From Burkholderiales bacterium (GTDB lineage: Bacteria > Pseudomonadota > Gammaproteobacteria > Burkholderiales > Burkholderiaceae_C), in the NCBI GenBank assembly GCA_043738425.1, contig JAYUGJ010000121.1, positions 36,896 to 100,895 on the forward strand: a DNA stretch of 64,000 bases, in the 5' to 3' direction. Under the pieces are notes generated by a model, which saw only the letters and a list, made by a program, of their open reading frames with translations, made no database searches and was not told the origin of the DNA. Of this stretch, positions 9,244 through 17,090 are shown piece after piece. The position numbers and the translations under genes were made by a program. The stretch's first letter is position 1; each line of letters begins with the position of its first letter.

Positions 9244-10061
9244 TTCATGGCGGACAGGCGTTGCTTGCCAGCCGCGGCGGCTTCCGAGTTGGGGTAAGTT
9301 TTGAACAACTCGTCGAGCGCTTTGCGGGCTGCCTTCGGGTCTTTCAATTCGAAGTGGCAGTTGGCCACCGCCAACAACGCTTCGGGCGCGCGCAGGTCAC
9401 CCGGGTAGGTGCTGACGAAGCTGCGAAACGAAGCAATCGCTTCGGCGTAATCGCGCTTGCCGTATTGCGAATTGCCCAGCCAAAACAGCGCCGATTTCGC
9501 ATAGCCGCTGGTCGGGTAACGGCTGCGAAACACCGCCAGCGAAGTCGATGCCGCGGCGAAGTCGGCGCTGCGCACTTGCGCCATCGCGGCTTCGTATTGG
9601 CGAATTTCCTCGCCATCGGCCATGAACTCTTTGCCGTCGACCGAGGCCTTTTGCGGCTCCAGTCGGCTCACCCGCTCATCGGTGCCTTGCTTCAGGTCTT
9701 TCACTCGCACCTGAAGCTCGCTGACCTCGCGGGCCAGCTGCTCGACCTGCCCACGCAGCCGGGCGTTCTCGCCGCGCATCAGTTCGAGCTGGTTGTTCAG
9801 GTCGAGCAAGCTGTTGCGCAACTGGCCGAGCTGGTCGAGCGTTTGTGCGTTCAGCTCGTTGTTGCGAAGACGCTGCGCCTCGTCGCTCTTCTCGACTTTT
9901 TGCCGCAGGTCGTTGATGGCGCGCCGGGCCTCATCGTCGTTGAACAACCCGGCCTGCGCCGCGGTGGACAGCAACGAGATAGACCACGCCGCCATCGACC
10001 ACCGCCGCGCTGTGGCCAGCCACCCGCGCCGCGCAGCAACGCGTTCGATCACCACACGCAT
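9240..10061 (-). CDS. cpoB: Tol-Pal system protein YbgF/CpoB
   Basis: It has an N-terminal coiled coil (LRNSLLDLNNQLELMRGENARLRGQVEQL) and C-terminal TPR-like repeats (YAKSALFWLGNSQY, EALLAVANCHFEL), and sits directly after pal. The start is uncertain: 10061 or the internal Met at 9995. Confidence 0.8.
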   Translation of the reverse strand: MRVVIERVAARRGWLATARRWSMAAWSISLLSTAAQAGLFNDDEARRAINDLRQKVEKSDEAQRLRNNELNAQTLDQLGQLRNSLLDLNNQLELMRGENARLRGQVEQLAREVSELQVRVKDLKQGTDERVSRLEPQKASVDGKEFMADGEEIRQYEAAMAQVRSADFAAASTSLAVFRSRYPTSGYAKSALFWLGNSQYGKRDYAEAIASFRSFVSTYPGDLRAPEALLAVANCHFELKDPKAARKALDELFKTYPNSEAAAAGKQRLSAMK

Positions 10062-10071
10062 GACGCGCCCC

Positions 10072-10677
10072 TCAGCGGTTGCTCAGTTCAACGCGGCGGT
10101 TTTTGGCAAACACCGCTTCATCCGAGCCGGTGGCGGCAGGCCGCTCTTTGCCGAAGCTGACCGCTTCCAGCTGGCCGTCGGTTGCGCCCGATACCGTCAG
10201 CGCGCGTACCACCGCTTCAGCGCGTTTTTGGCCTAGCGCGAGGTTGTATTCGCGGCCGCCGCGGTCATCGGTATGGCCCTCGACGGAGAGTTTTTTGGTG
10301 CGGTTGGCCGCCAGCGTTTTACCGTACGCGTCGATCGAAGGCCGCGCATCTTCGCGCACGGTGTAGCTGTCGTAGTCGAAGTAAATCACGCGGCTGACGC
10401 CAGCTGTCAGGTCGCCACCAGCACCGGCTGCGCCCTTGGTCAAGTCCACGCTGGTGACGCCCGACTGTGAGGTGCTGCCCGACATCGCACCGGTGCTGCC
10501 ATCCGGGTTCACCACCGTGCCACTGCGGCTTTCAACCGCCGGCGCCTTGTCATCGAGCTTGACGTTCGAGCCGCAGCCCACCAGCGTCAACACAGCCGCC
10601 GCGCACAGCGTGGCGCACACCGAACGTGCGGCAGTGAATGGTTGCTTGGGTGCGCTGTGGAGGTGAATGGAATTCAT
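10072..10677 (-). CDS. pal: peptidoglycan-associated lipoprotein Pal
   Basis: The ATG at 10677 gives MNSIHL... with the lipobox LTLVGC. The OmpA-like C-domain is IYFDYDSYTVRED...VEGHTDDRGGREYNLALGQKRAEAV. Confidence 0.9.
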   Translation of the reverse strand: MNSIHLHSAPKQPFTAARSVCATLCAAAVLTLVGCGSNVKLDDKAPAVESRSGTVVNPDGSTGAMSGSTSQSGVTSVDLTKGAAGAGGDLTAGVSRVIYFDYDSYTVREDARPSIDAYGKTLAANRTKKLSVEGHTDDRGGREYNLALGQKRAEAVVRALTVSGATDGQLEAVSFGKERPAATGSDEAVFAKNRRVELSNR

Positions 10678-10853
10678 GGTGTTTCCTTTATCGAGGTTGA
10701 ACGAACAAAAGTCGGCAGGTTGCGCGCAGCGGCAAAACCACCCACACAACTACCAACGCGATTAGCAACGTGATTACCAACGCAACTACTGCTTTCAGCG
10801 CCCACAGACAACCACCCGCAAACGATGGGTGAGGCAATCAATCGGCCATTCAT

Positions 10854-12152
10854 TCAGCGCCCGAACGGGCCCCACACCGGCTCACGCACATCAACGGTAG
10901 ATGACACCAGGCGTGCCCGAATTTTGCCGTCGACGGTGCTGGTCATCAACACATCGCGGCCTTGCGCGCGCGACGCGTAAATCAGCAAACGGCCGTTCGG
11001 CGCAAAGCTCGGGCTCTCGTCGTCGGTGGTGTCACTGATGGCCTGCGTGGTGCCACCGGCCAGGTCTTGGGTGTACAGCTTGAACGCATTGCCAGCGCGC
11101 GAAATGTAGGCCAGCGTGCGGCCATCGGGGCTGATCGCCGGGCTGATGTTGTAGCTGCCGGTAAAGGTCACCCGTTCCGCGCTGCCGCCGCTCAACGGCG
11201 TGCGGTAGATCTGCGGCGCGCCGCCACGGTCGCTGACGAAGTAAATGCTGCGGCCATCGGGCGCGAAGGCCGGCTCGGTATCGATGCCGATGCTTTGCGT
11301 CAAGCGGCGCAGGTTGTCACCGCCGCGGCCCATCAGGTAAATCTGCGAGCCGCCATCGCGCGACAACGTCACGGCCAACGTTTGGCCATCGGGCGACCAC
11401 GCCGGTGCGCTGTTCGAGCCACGAAAATTCGCCACCGCGCGGCGCTTGCCGCTGGCCACGTCTTGCACGTAAACCACCGCTTTTTGCAGCTCGAACGACA
11501 CGTACGCCAGCTCGCGGCCGTCGGGTGACCAGGCCGGCGAAATGATCGGCTCGTTGCTGTTGAGCGCCACCTGACCGCCCTCGCCGTCGGCGTCGGCGAT
11601 GCGCAAGGTGAACTTGGTTCCGGCCTTGGTGACGTAGGCGATGCGGGTTGAAAAAACGCCTTTCTGACCGGTCAATTTTTCATGCACGTAGTCGGCAATG
11701 CGGTGCGCGGCCAAGCGCAGGTCAGCGGCATCGACCACCGTGCTTTTGCCACCCAGCTCAGCGCCTTTGACCACGTCCCACAACTTGAAGCGCACATCGA
11801 ATCGGCCATCGGCCAGCCGCGATACCGAGCCGGCGACCAGCGCGTCGGCTGCGCGGCCGCGCCACTCGGCCATGACCGGCGCGGCTGCTTCATCGAGCAC
11901 GCCGGGCGCGTCGATGCCGCGAAACAACCCGCTGCGTTCGAGGTCTGCCCGCACCACGGCGGATACCGCTTGCGATTGCTTGTCTTCGTCGCGAAATCTC
12001 GCCACCGCGATCGGCACTTGCGAGGCACCCACGCCCGACATCTCGACCCGAAACTCGGCGTGCGCGGCAGGCAGCGCGGCGATGAAAAGTGCCATGGCGA
12101 GCGACCAGCGGGCCGCGAGGCGGGTGAAAACAACAAGCGGAAATGGGCGCAT
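10854..12152 (-). CDS. tolB: Tol-Pal system beta-propeller protein TolB
   Basis: The internal ATG at 12152 gives a signal peptide ending AALPAAHA. It has the TolB N-domain plus repeated propeller blades (PAWSPDG, ISPDGRTLAY, PSFAPNGRLLIY). Confidence 0.9.
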   Translation of the reverse strand: MRPFPLVVFTRLAARWSLAMALFIAALPAAHAEFRVEMSGVGASQVPIAVARFRDEDKQSQAVSAVVRADLERSGLFRGIDAPGVLDEAAAPVMAEWRGRAADALVAGSVSRLADGRFDVRFKLWDVVKGAELGGKSTVVDAADLRLAAHRIADYVHEKLTGQKGVFSTRIAYVTKAGTKFTLRIADADGEGGQVALNSNEPIISPAWSPDGRELAYVSFELQKAVVYVQDVASGKRRAVANFRGSNSAPAWSPDGQTLAVTLSRDGGSQIYLMGRGGDNLRRLTQSIGIDTEPAFAPDGRSIYFVSDRGGAPQIYRTPLSGGSAERVTFTGSYNISPAISPDGRTLAYISRAGNAFKLYTQDLAGGTTQAISDTTDDESPSFAPNGRLLIYASRAQGRDVLMTSTVDGKIRARLVSSTVDVREPVWGPFGR

Positions 12153-12449
12153 GGGCAGTCGGAAAATAGGCAATCGGTACCGGGGCGGTAGGAAAAACAT
12201 GCGGCTCGCACGGTCGTCGAACGAAACATCGCGTATCACGGCGCTGCGGGTTCTGTCACCGCAGCGCAGTCATGCAACCGGGCCGTTGCAACCGGCGGCA
12301 ATTGGCTGAATCGCCGCCGCGCCGAATGATAGGCGCGCGAAGTCGACCGGCCGACAGCCGCAGGGTGGGAGTGCCGCAGCGGCCCGCAGCAAGGCGGCAG
12401 CGACAGCGCATGCATCAATCGACATACGCCGCGCAGCCGAGCAAGCCCA

Positions 12450-12887
12450 TCAGCCGCCGCGTGCGCCGGCCCCCGCAAGCGGGTCGTGCATCGCGGCATG
12501 CGCCGTACACCGCGCCGCGATGGTTGCGTTCGCAAGCCGCGGCAGCTGAAGCAGCTTCGTTTCGCGAAGCACCGTCAGCTGCAATTGGTCCAGTACGGCC
12601 ACCCACTCCAGCACGCTGCGCTGCAGCTGCGCAAGGGCACCGGGCGGCTGTGCGTCGGTTGCGCACTTCGCATGCAGATTGGTTGGCAGTGCGGACTCGG
12701 CAGCGCTGGCTGGCGCGCTCGATTGCACACTCGTTTGCGCGCCGGGAATGCGGTCGGGCTTCACGGCGGTGCGGCGGTGCGATGGTGCGATGGTGCGATG
12801 GTTACAGCGGCGCTGTCTGCTCGGCCGTGACCGTGGCCGCGGTCGAGGCCACCGCCACCGCCACCGCCACTGCCGGCGGCGAATCAT
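12450..12887 (-). CDS. hypothetical protein; coding-like frame whose true start is unclear (ATG 12887, GTG 12764, or a remnant of a frameshifted gene)
   Basis: From about 12800 to the TGA at 12450, my hand count gives GC3 of about 76 percent and GC2 of about 50 percent. The peptide is protein-like with a coiled-coil stretch (LAQLQRSVLEWVAVLDQLQLTVLRETKLLQL). The first 30 codons from ATG 12887 (RRRQWRWRWRWPRPRPRSRP) overlap the upstream small ORF out of frame and look artefactual. There is no good SD. Confidence 0.3.
   Translation of the reverse strand: MIRRRQWRWRWRWPRPRPRSRPSRQRRCNHRTIAPSHRRTAVKPDRIPGAQTSVQSSAPASAAESALPTNLHAKCATDAQPPGALAQLQRSVLEWVAVLDQLQLTVLRETKLLQLPRLANATIAARCTAHAAMHDPLAGAGARGG
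12764..12801. repeat. 8-nt tandem repeat array (2 x CGGCGGTG followed by 3 x GGTGCGAT plus a partial unit)
   Basis: Read directly from the sequence: cggcggtg cggcggtg c gat ggtgcgat ggtgcgat gg. On the coding (minus) strand it begins immediately after the TAA (12804-12802) of the 71-aa ORF. Confidence 0.8.
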
Positions 12888-13017
12888 TGGCCTGCGCCGC
12901 AGTCACAAACCAATGCGTCTGCGCCACCGCCCCCGGCGCGGTGTAGGCCGCATCGCGCACCGTGATGTCGGTCGGTTTTTTGGGCTTGGTTTCGCGGCTG
13001 GCCATGCGGTAAATCAT
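12802..13017 (-). CDS. small hypothetical protein (71 aa)
   Basis: The ATG at 13017 is preceded by GAGGAA with a 7-nt spacer. Codon third positions are almost all G/C. The peptide is MIYRMASRETKPKKPTDITVRDAAYTAPGAVAQTHWFVTAAQANDSPPAVAVAVAVASTAATVTAEQTAPL. No family recognised. Confidence 0.5.
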   Translation of the reverse strand: MIYRMASRETKPKKPTDITVRDAAYTAPGAVAQTHWFVTAAQANDSPPAVAVAVAVASTAATVTAEQTAPL

Positions 13018-13108
13018 GCGGGGGTTCCTCAGCTGCATCAAAAAATCAGGCGGGTGATTGGGCGCGCCCAACCGACAGGCGCGGTGCGGTGAGCCGCGCG
13101 GTAAATAG

Positions 13109-13342
13109 TCAGCCCCTCGGGCGTTCGTGGCGGGCGTGTGCAACGACCAGCACACCCAACATTGGCGGTGGTACCGAAGCGTCGTTGCCGCAGCGCCGCG
13201 ATGCCAGCTGCGCCGAGCGCACGGCACCGAAGTGGGTTTGCCCGTCCGCCCATGGCCATCGCCGCTGCATCAAGGTGATCGGCCATGCGCGGTGCAACCG
13301 CACGCTGAGCAACGAAACGAACCCCGCTCGAATCGACAACAT
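13109..13342 (-). CDS. possible small hypothetical protein (77 aa)
   Basis: The ATG at 13342 is preceded by a strong AGGAGA with a 5-nt spacer, and GC3 is high. The antisense ORF 13089..13358 shares the same third-codon positions, so composition cannot pick the strand. The Trp/Arg-rich peptide is not convincing. Confidence 0.25.
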   Translation of the reverse strand: MLSIRAGFVSLLSVRLHRAWPITLMQRRWPWADGQTHFGAVRSAQLASRRCGNDASVPPPMLGVLVVAHARHERPRG

Positions 13343-13398
13343 CGCGGTCTCCTGCTAGACACACTACCGTACGTCGCCAGGCGCGCTGTGTCTGTGCG

Positions 13399-14946
13399 CT
13401 AACGAACGCGCGCCGCGCGGTCGGGTACCGATGGGGCGGGCCGGTGACCCAACATCTGCTCGGGCACCACCCACGCATCGAACTGCGCTGCGCTCACCGC
13501 ACCCAACGCCAGCGCGGCTTCGCGCAAGGTGGTGCCGTGGTCGTGGGCGCACTTGGCCACTTGCGCGGCGCGCTCGTAGCCTATGTGCGGAGCCAGCGCA
13601 GTGACCAGCATCAACGAGCTGTGCAGCAGCTGGTCGATGCGCGCAGCGTTCACCGCAATGCCAACTACGCAATGGCGGTTGAAACTGCGCATCGCGTCGG
13701 ACAGCAAGCGCATGCTGTCGAGCGTGTCGAGCGCAATCAGCGGCTTGTACACGTTCAGCTCGAACTGGCCCTGTGCGGCGGCAAAGCCGATGGCCGCGTC
13801 GTGACCGATTACTTGGGCGCACACCATGGCCAGCGCTTCGATCTGCGTCGGGTTCACCTTGCCCGGCATGATGGAGCTGCCGGCTTCGTTTTCCGGCAAC
13901 CGCAATTCGCCCAAGCCGGCACGCGGGCCGCTGCCCATCAAACGAATATCGCTGCCGATTTTCAGCAGTGCGATGGCCAGCATCTTCAAGCCGCCATGCC
14001 ATGCCACCAGCGCTTCGTGGCCAGCCATGGCAGCGAACAAATTGGCGGCTTGCACCAACGGCGCATTGAACCGGCGGGCCAACGCAGCGGCGACCCGCGT
14101 GCCGAATTCGGGGTGGGTGTTGAGCCCGGTGCCGACGGCGGTGCCACCGATGGCCAGGCTGTGCACTGCCACCACCGCGTGGCGTAACGCCGCATCGCAC
14201 AACGCCAGCTGCGCGGCATAGCCACCGAATTCTTGCCCCAGGGTGACCGGCGTGGCGTCTTGCAAATGGGTGCGACCGATCTTCACCACCTCGGCGAATT
14301 TGTCGGACTGCGCGACCAGCGTGGCCCGCAACTCGCTCAATGCCGGCTGCAGCTGCTGCGCGTAGGCGGCAACCACCGCCAGGTGCATGGCAGTCGGAAA
14401 CACATCGTTCGACGACTGGCCGAGGTTCACCTCGTCGTTCGGGTGGATGGCGCGAACCTCGTTCAGGCCACGCTCAGCCGACACCTGTGGTGCCAGGTCT
14501 ATAGAAGCCGTGCGGCCAGCCGCCGGTTGTTGGGCCGCGAGGTGTTGGCTGGCCAGCTGGGCGATCACCTCGTTGACGTTCATGTGACTTTGCGTGCCCG
14601 AGCCGGTTTGCCACACCGACAACGGGAACTCGCCGTCGAACGCGCCGCGCGCCACCCGATCAGCCGCATGGGAAATCGCGTCGGCACGTTCAGCGTCGAG
14701 CAAGCCGAGGTCGCGGTTGACGCATGCAGCCGCCCACTTGACAGCTGCCAGCGCATGGATCAACGGCAGCGGCATGCGCTGTTCGCCAATCGCGAAAAAG
14801 CGCAGGCTGCGCTCGGTTTGCGCGCCCCACAGTGCGGCTGCCGGCACCTCGATCGCACCGAAGCCGTCGGTCTCGATGCGGGTGGCGGCAGTCGGTGCGG
14901 TCGCTGCGGTCGCTGAAGTCGCGGCAGTGAAGTCGGTCGTACCCAT
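13399..14946 (-). CDS. fumC: class II fumarate hydratase
   Basis: It carries the signature GSSIMPGKVNPTQIEAL plus other lyase-1 family blocks (TGSGTQSHMNVNEV, HPNDEVNLGQSSND). The internal ATG at 14946 is used (MGTTDF...), because the longer track ORF has an Arg-rich leader. Confidence 0.9.
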   Translation of the reverse strand: MGTTDFTAATSATAATAPTAATRIETDGFGAIEVPAAALWGAQTERSLRFFAIGEQRMPLPLIHALAAVKWAAACVNRDLGLLDAERADAISHAADRVARGAFDGEFPLSVWQTGSGTQSHMNVNEVIAQLASQHLAAQQPAAGRTASIDLAPQVSAERGLNEVRAIHPNDEVNLGQSSNDVFPTAMHLAVVAAYAQQLQPALSELRATLVAQSDKFAEVVKIGRTHLQDATPVTLGQEFGGYAAQLALCDAALRHAVVAVHSLAIGGTAVGTGLNTHPEFGTRVAAALARRFNAPLVQAANLFAAMAGHEALVAWHGGLKMLAIALLKIGSDIRLMGSGPRAGLGELRLPENEAGSSIMPGKVNPTQIEALAMVCAQVIGHDAAIGFAAAQGQFELNVYKPLIALDTLDSMRLLSDAMRSFNRHCVVGIAVNAARIDQLLHSSLMLVTALAPHIGYERAAQVAKCAHDHGTTLREAALALGAVSAAQFDAWVVPEQMLGHRPAPSVPDRAARVR

Positions 14947-15286
14947 CGCGGTCGTCGATTTACTCACCAGGCAATCGCCACGAAACCGGCAGCGCTGTGA
15001 CCGCCGGCGGCTGCCGGTGCGCGGCTGGCTCAGCGTGCGGCTCAGCGTATGAATGCGCTGCCGCAACAGCCCAACCCCATGCGCCAGAGGCGACGCCGAC
15101 CGACACCACCAACAGCGCGGCCGCTACCGCCGCGACCCACAACCAGTGCCAGTGCCGATGCCGACGACGCCAGCTCGCCCGCGGGTGTTTGGACAGCGAT
15201 GTGGTGCGCGGCTCGAGCGAAGTTGTCACGGAATCACCTATTTCGACGGTGCGCGGCAGGCCGTTCGCGTGCTGCGCGCTTGCAAG

Positions 15287-15784
15287 TTACTGAACGTTCA
15301 CGCGCCCGTGCTCGCCCATGCCGATGGGCCGGGCCGCAATTACCGAGGCCGCTATCGCCATCATGCGCACCATCTTGCCGGCGGCTGCGTCCCAGTACTC
15401 GACGGTGCCTGGTGTGAATTTCAGCAGCCTCAAATCGGCCGACTCCGGTCCGTCAGGAAACCACGGCCGCAGCATCGGTGACCACAAACGCTGGATGTGC
15501 GCGCGGTCGCTTTCCAAATCGCCGTGACCGGACATCGACACATAGGTGCCGCGCTCGCTGTCACTGAAGGCCAGGTTGACCGTGCGCAGCTGTTCGACCT
15601 TGGCCGAACGCGCGTCGGTGAAGAACCACAGCGCGCCGTGGCTGTCCATTTCCAGTGGTGCCATCGGGCGGCTGGTCAGCTCGCCATCGGCGGCTTGGGT
15701 GGTCAGCATGGCCACCGTATCCATCGGTTGTATGAGCTCGCCGATTTGGGTCAGTTCAGATGAAGGTTGGGTGTGAATTTTCAT
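15287..15784 (-). CDS. pyridoxamine 5-prime-phosphate oxidase family protein (general stress protein 26-like)
   Basis: 165 aa. Family blocks are VAMLTTQAADGELTSRPM, ALWFFTDARSAKV, YVSMSGHG and LLKFTPGTVEYWD. A GAGG SD sits upstream of the ATG at 15784. Confidence 0.75.
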   Translation of the reverse strand: MKIHTQPSSELTQIGELIQPMDTVAMLTTQAADGELTSRPMAPLEMDSHGALWFFTDARSAKVEQLRTVNLAFSDSERGTYVSMSGHGDLESDRAHIQRLWSPMLRPWFPDGPESADLRLLKFTPGTVEYWDAAAGKMVRMMAIAASVIAARPIGMGEHGRVNVQ

Positions 15785-15941
15785 GATGGCCTCGGGGTGG
15801 TGAAGGATTCGTTGCGGTGGCGCGGGTCGTCGTCTTGGTAATCAGTGCGGTGGGCCGCGGGCCAATGCGTTGGCGTTTTTGTCTGTTTGCCGGTTCGACA
15901 CGTCGATGACTCGGCAGCCGACCGAAGCGCATACCGATCGC

Positions 15942-16544
15942 TCACGGCAGTCGCGTGCCGGCCGACGGCGGCGGCGTGACCACGACATGCGCCCGGTGCG
16001 GCAAGGCGTTCGCACGGCCCACGGCGGTAGCTGGTTTCGGTGCGACCGCTGCCGCTGTGGAGCCGGTGGCCGCCATGGGCGCGTGCACCGCACCAGCACC
16101 GAGCGCATCGGCCACCGCCGGTTGCAGCGGTGATGGCAGTTGCCCGCGTGGTGTCGGTGTGAGGGTAGATGTAGCGGGTGGTGTCGGTGTCGGTGTCACC
16201 GGCACCACCTGCTGCGACGCGCCACCGGCAGCAGCATGGTCGACCGCGCCAGCACGGGCCGACGCCGCCGCGCCCACGCCGACCAGCACCACCAACGACA
16301 GCGCCACCGCCAGCGCAAAGTGCGTACAACGCTGCGCGAGTTGCTGCGCGCCGTGCAGCAACTCGCGCAGCGCGCTGGCCAACGCATCGCGGCGCGCTAC
16401 CCAATGCCTTGCCGTGTGCAGCTGCTTTTGCGGCTGCGTGCGGGCTTGCATGCGCGGCGGCGTGTGCGGCTGCTCGTGCGGCTGCATACGCAGCGCGGTC
16501 CGTGCGCGGTGCGGCTCGTCTGTCCAGCGATGAAAAAGCCCCAT
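15942..16544 (-). CDS. hypothetical single-pass membrane protein with a Thr/Pro-rich extracytoplasmic tail
   Basis: The ATG at 16544 is preceded by GGAGA with a 6-nt spacer, and GC3 is strong. It has one TM helix (FALAVALSLVVLVGVGAAASA) followed by VTPTPTPPATSTLTPTP. It is preferred over the overlapping 258-aa Ala/Arg-rich frame 15781..16557. Confidence 0.5.
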   Translation of the reverse strand: MGLFHRWTDEPHRARTALRMQPHEQPHTPPRMQARTQPQKQLHTARHWVARRDALASALRELLHGAQQLAQRCTHFALAVALSLVVLVGVGAAASARAGAVDHAAAGGASQQVVPVTPTPTPPATSTLTPTPRGQLPSPLQPAVADALGAGAVHAPMAATGSTAAAVAPKPATAVGRANALPHRAHVVVTPPPSAGTRLP

Positions 16545-17035
16545 GCGAAGTCTCCAATATCGGCCTGGCTAGCGTGGCGTGTGCGGCGCTTGGGTGGTGT
16601 CAGCACCGGCTTGCTACCGCTGTAGGAAAAACGCCTGCGTAGTCAGATTTCAGCGTGCGCTGACTGCGGTGCGCAGCGGCTGCGGCGCGGGCAGGAAAAC
16701 CCGGCGTCAAAGTGAACTTAGGCCGACACAGTGCGGCCGTCTGTGCGCTGGAACACTCATGGCGATGTGCAGCGGGAAGGGTTTTCCGCACAGCCCGCGC
16801 ACGGTTCGCACCGGGGGGCTGCATCGTAATTCGGCAAGGTGTGTCGAGATGTTCGCTATGTGCGCCAGCCCACAGCCGGCCAGTGCGACACCGCCCACCA
16901 TCACGCATCGGTGTTGGTGCTGAACAGGTCCCACAGGTCCAACACGCCGCCGCCCATGTGCCGACTGCTACTCGCGCCCCGGTGCCGATGTCGACATCGC
17001 GGTCGTTGCGTCTGCCAGCGCGGCTTTTCGCAAGC

Positions 17036-17059
17036 GCAATTTGCAAGTGCAATTTGCAA
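17036..17059 (+). promoter_or_regulatory. candidate operator/promoter element: direct repeat GCAATTTGCAA-gt-GCAATTTGCAA
   Basis: It is an A/T-rich island in GC-rich intergenic DNA, 32-55 nt upstream of the ATG at 17091. Each unit contains the self-complementary hexamer TTGCAA. Confidence 0.25.
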
Positions 17060-17090
17060 TCCCATCCTCCAGCCATTTCGAGAAACCGCC

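Noticed and set aside
12272-12946. A 224-aa plus-strand ORF spans the tolB-upstream gap.
   Set aside because: Its composition is Arg/Ala/Pro-rich. Its third-codon positions coincide with those of the minus-strand 71-aa ORF only over part of its length, and with the second positions of the downstream minus-strand frame elsewhere. It has no SD, so I treat it as a shadow.
12764-13017. The 71-aa ORF and the downstream coding-like frame might be one gene switched on or off by copy number of the 8-nt repeat. Adding one unit or removing two would bring the two frames into register.
   Set aside because: The TAA of the upstream ORF (12804-12802) lies upstream of the repeat in the direction of translation. 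Changing the unit number therefore cannot remove that stop. Only an indel or ribosomal frameshift upstream of 12804 could fuse the frames. A switch remains possible only for a protein initiating at 12887.
15781-16557. A 258-aa minus-strand ORF overlaps the start of the PNPOx-like gene.
   Set aside because: The translation is Ala/Arg/Gly-rich with no SD. The alternative 200-aa frame (15942-16544) has GGAGA-N6-ATG, a TM helix and better codon bias.
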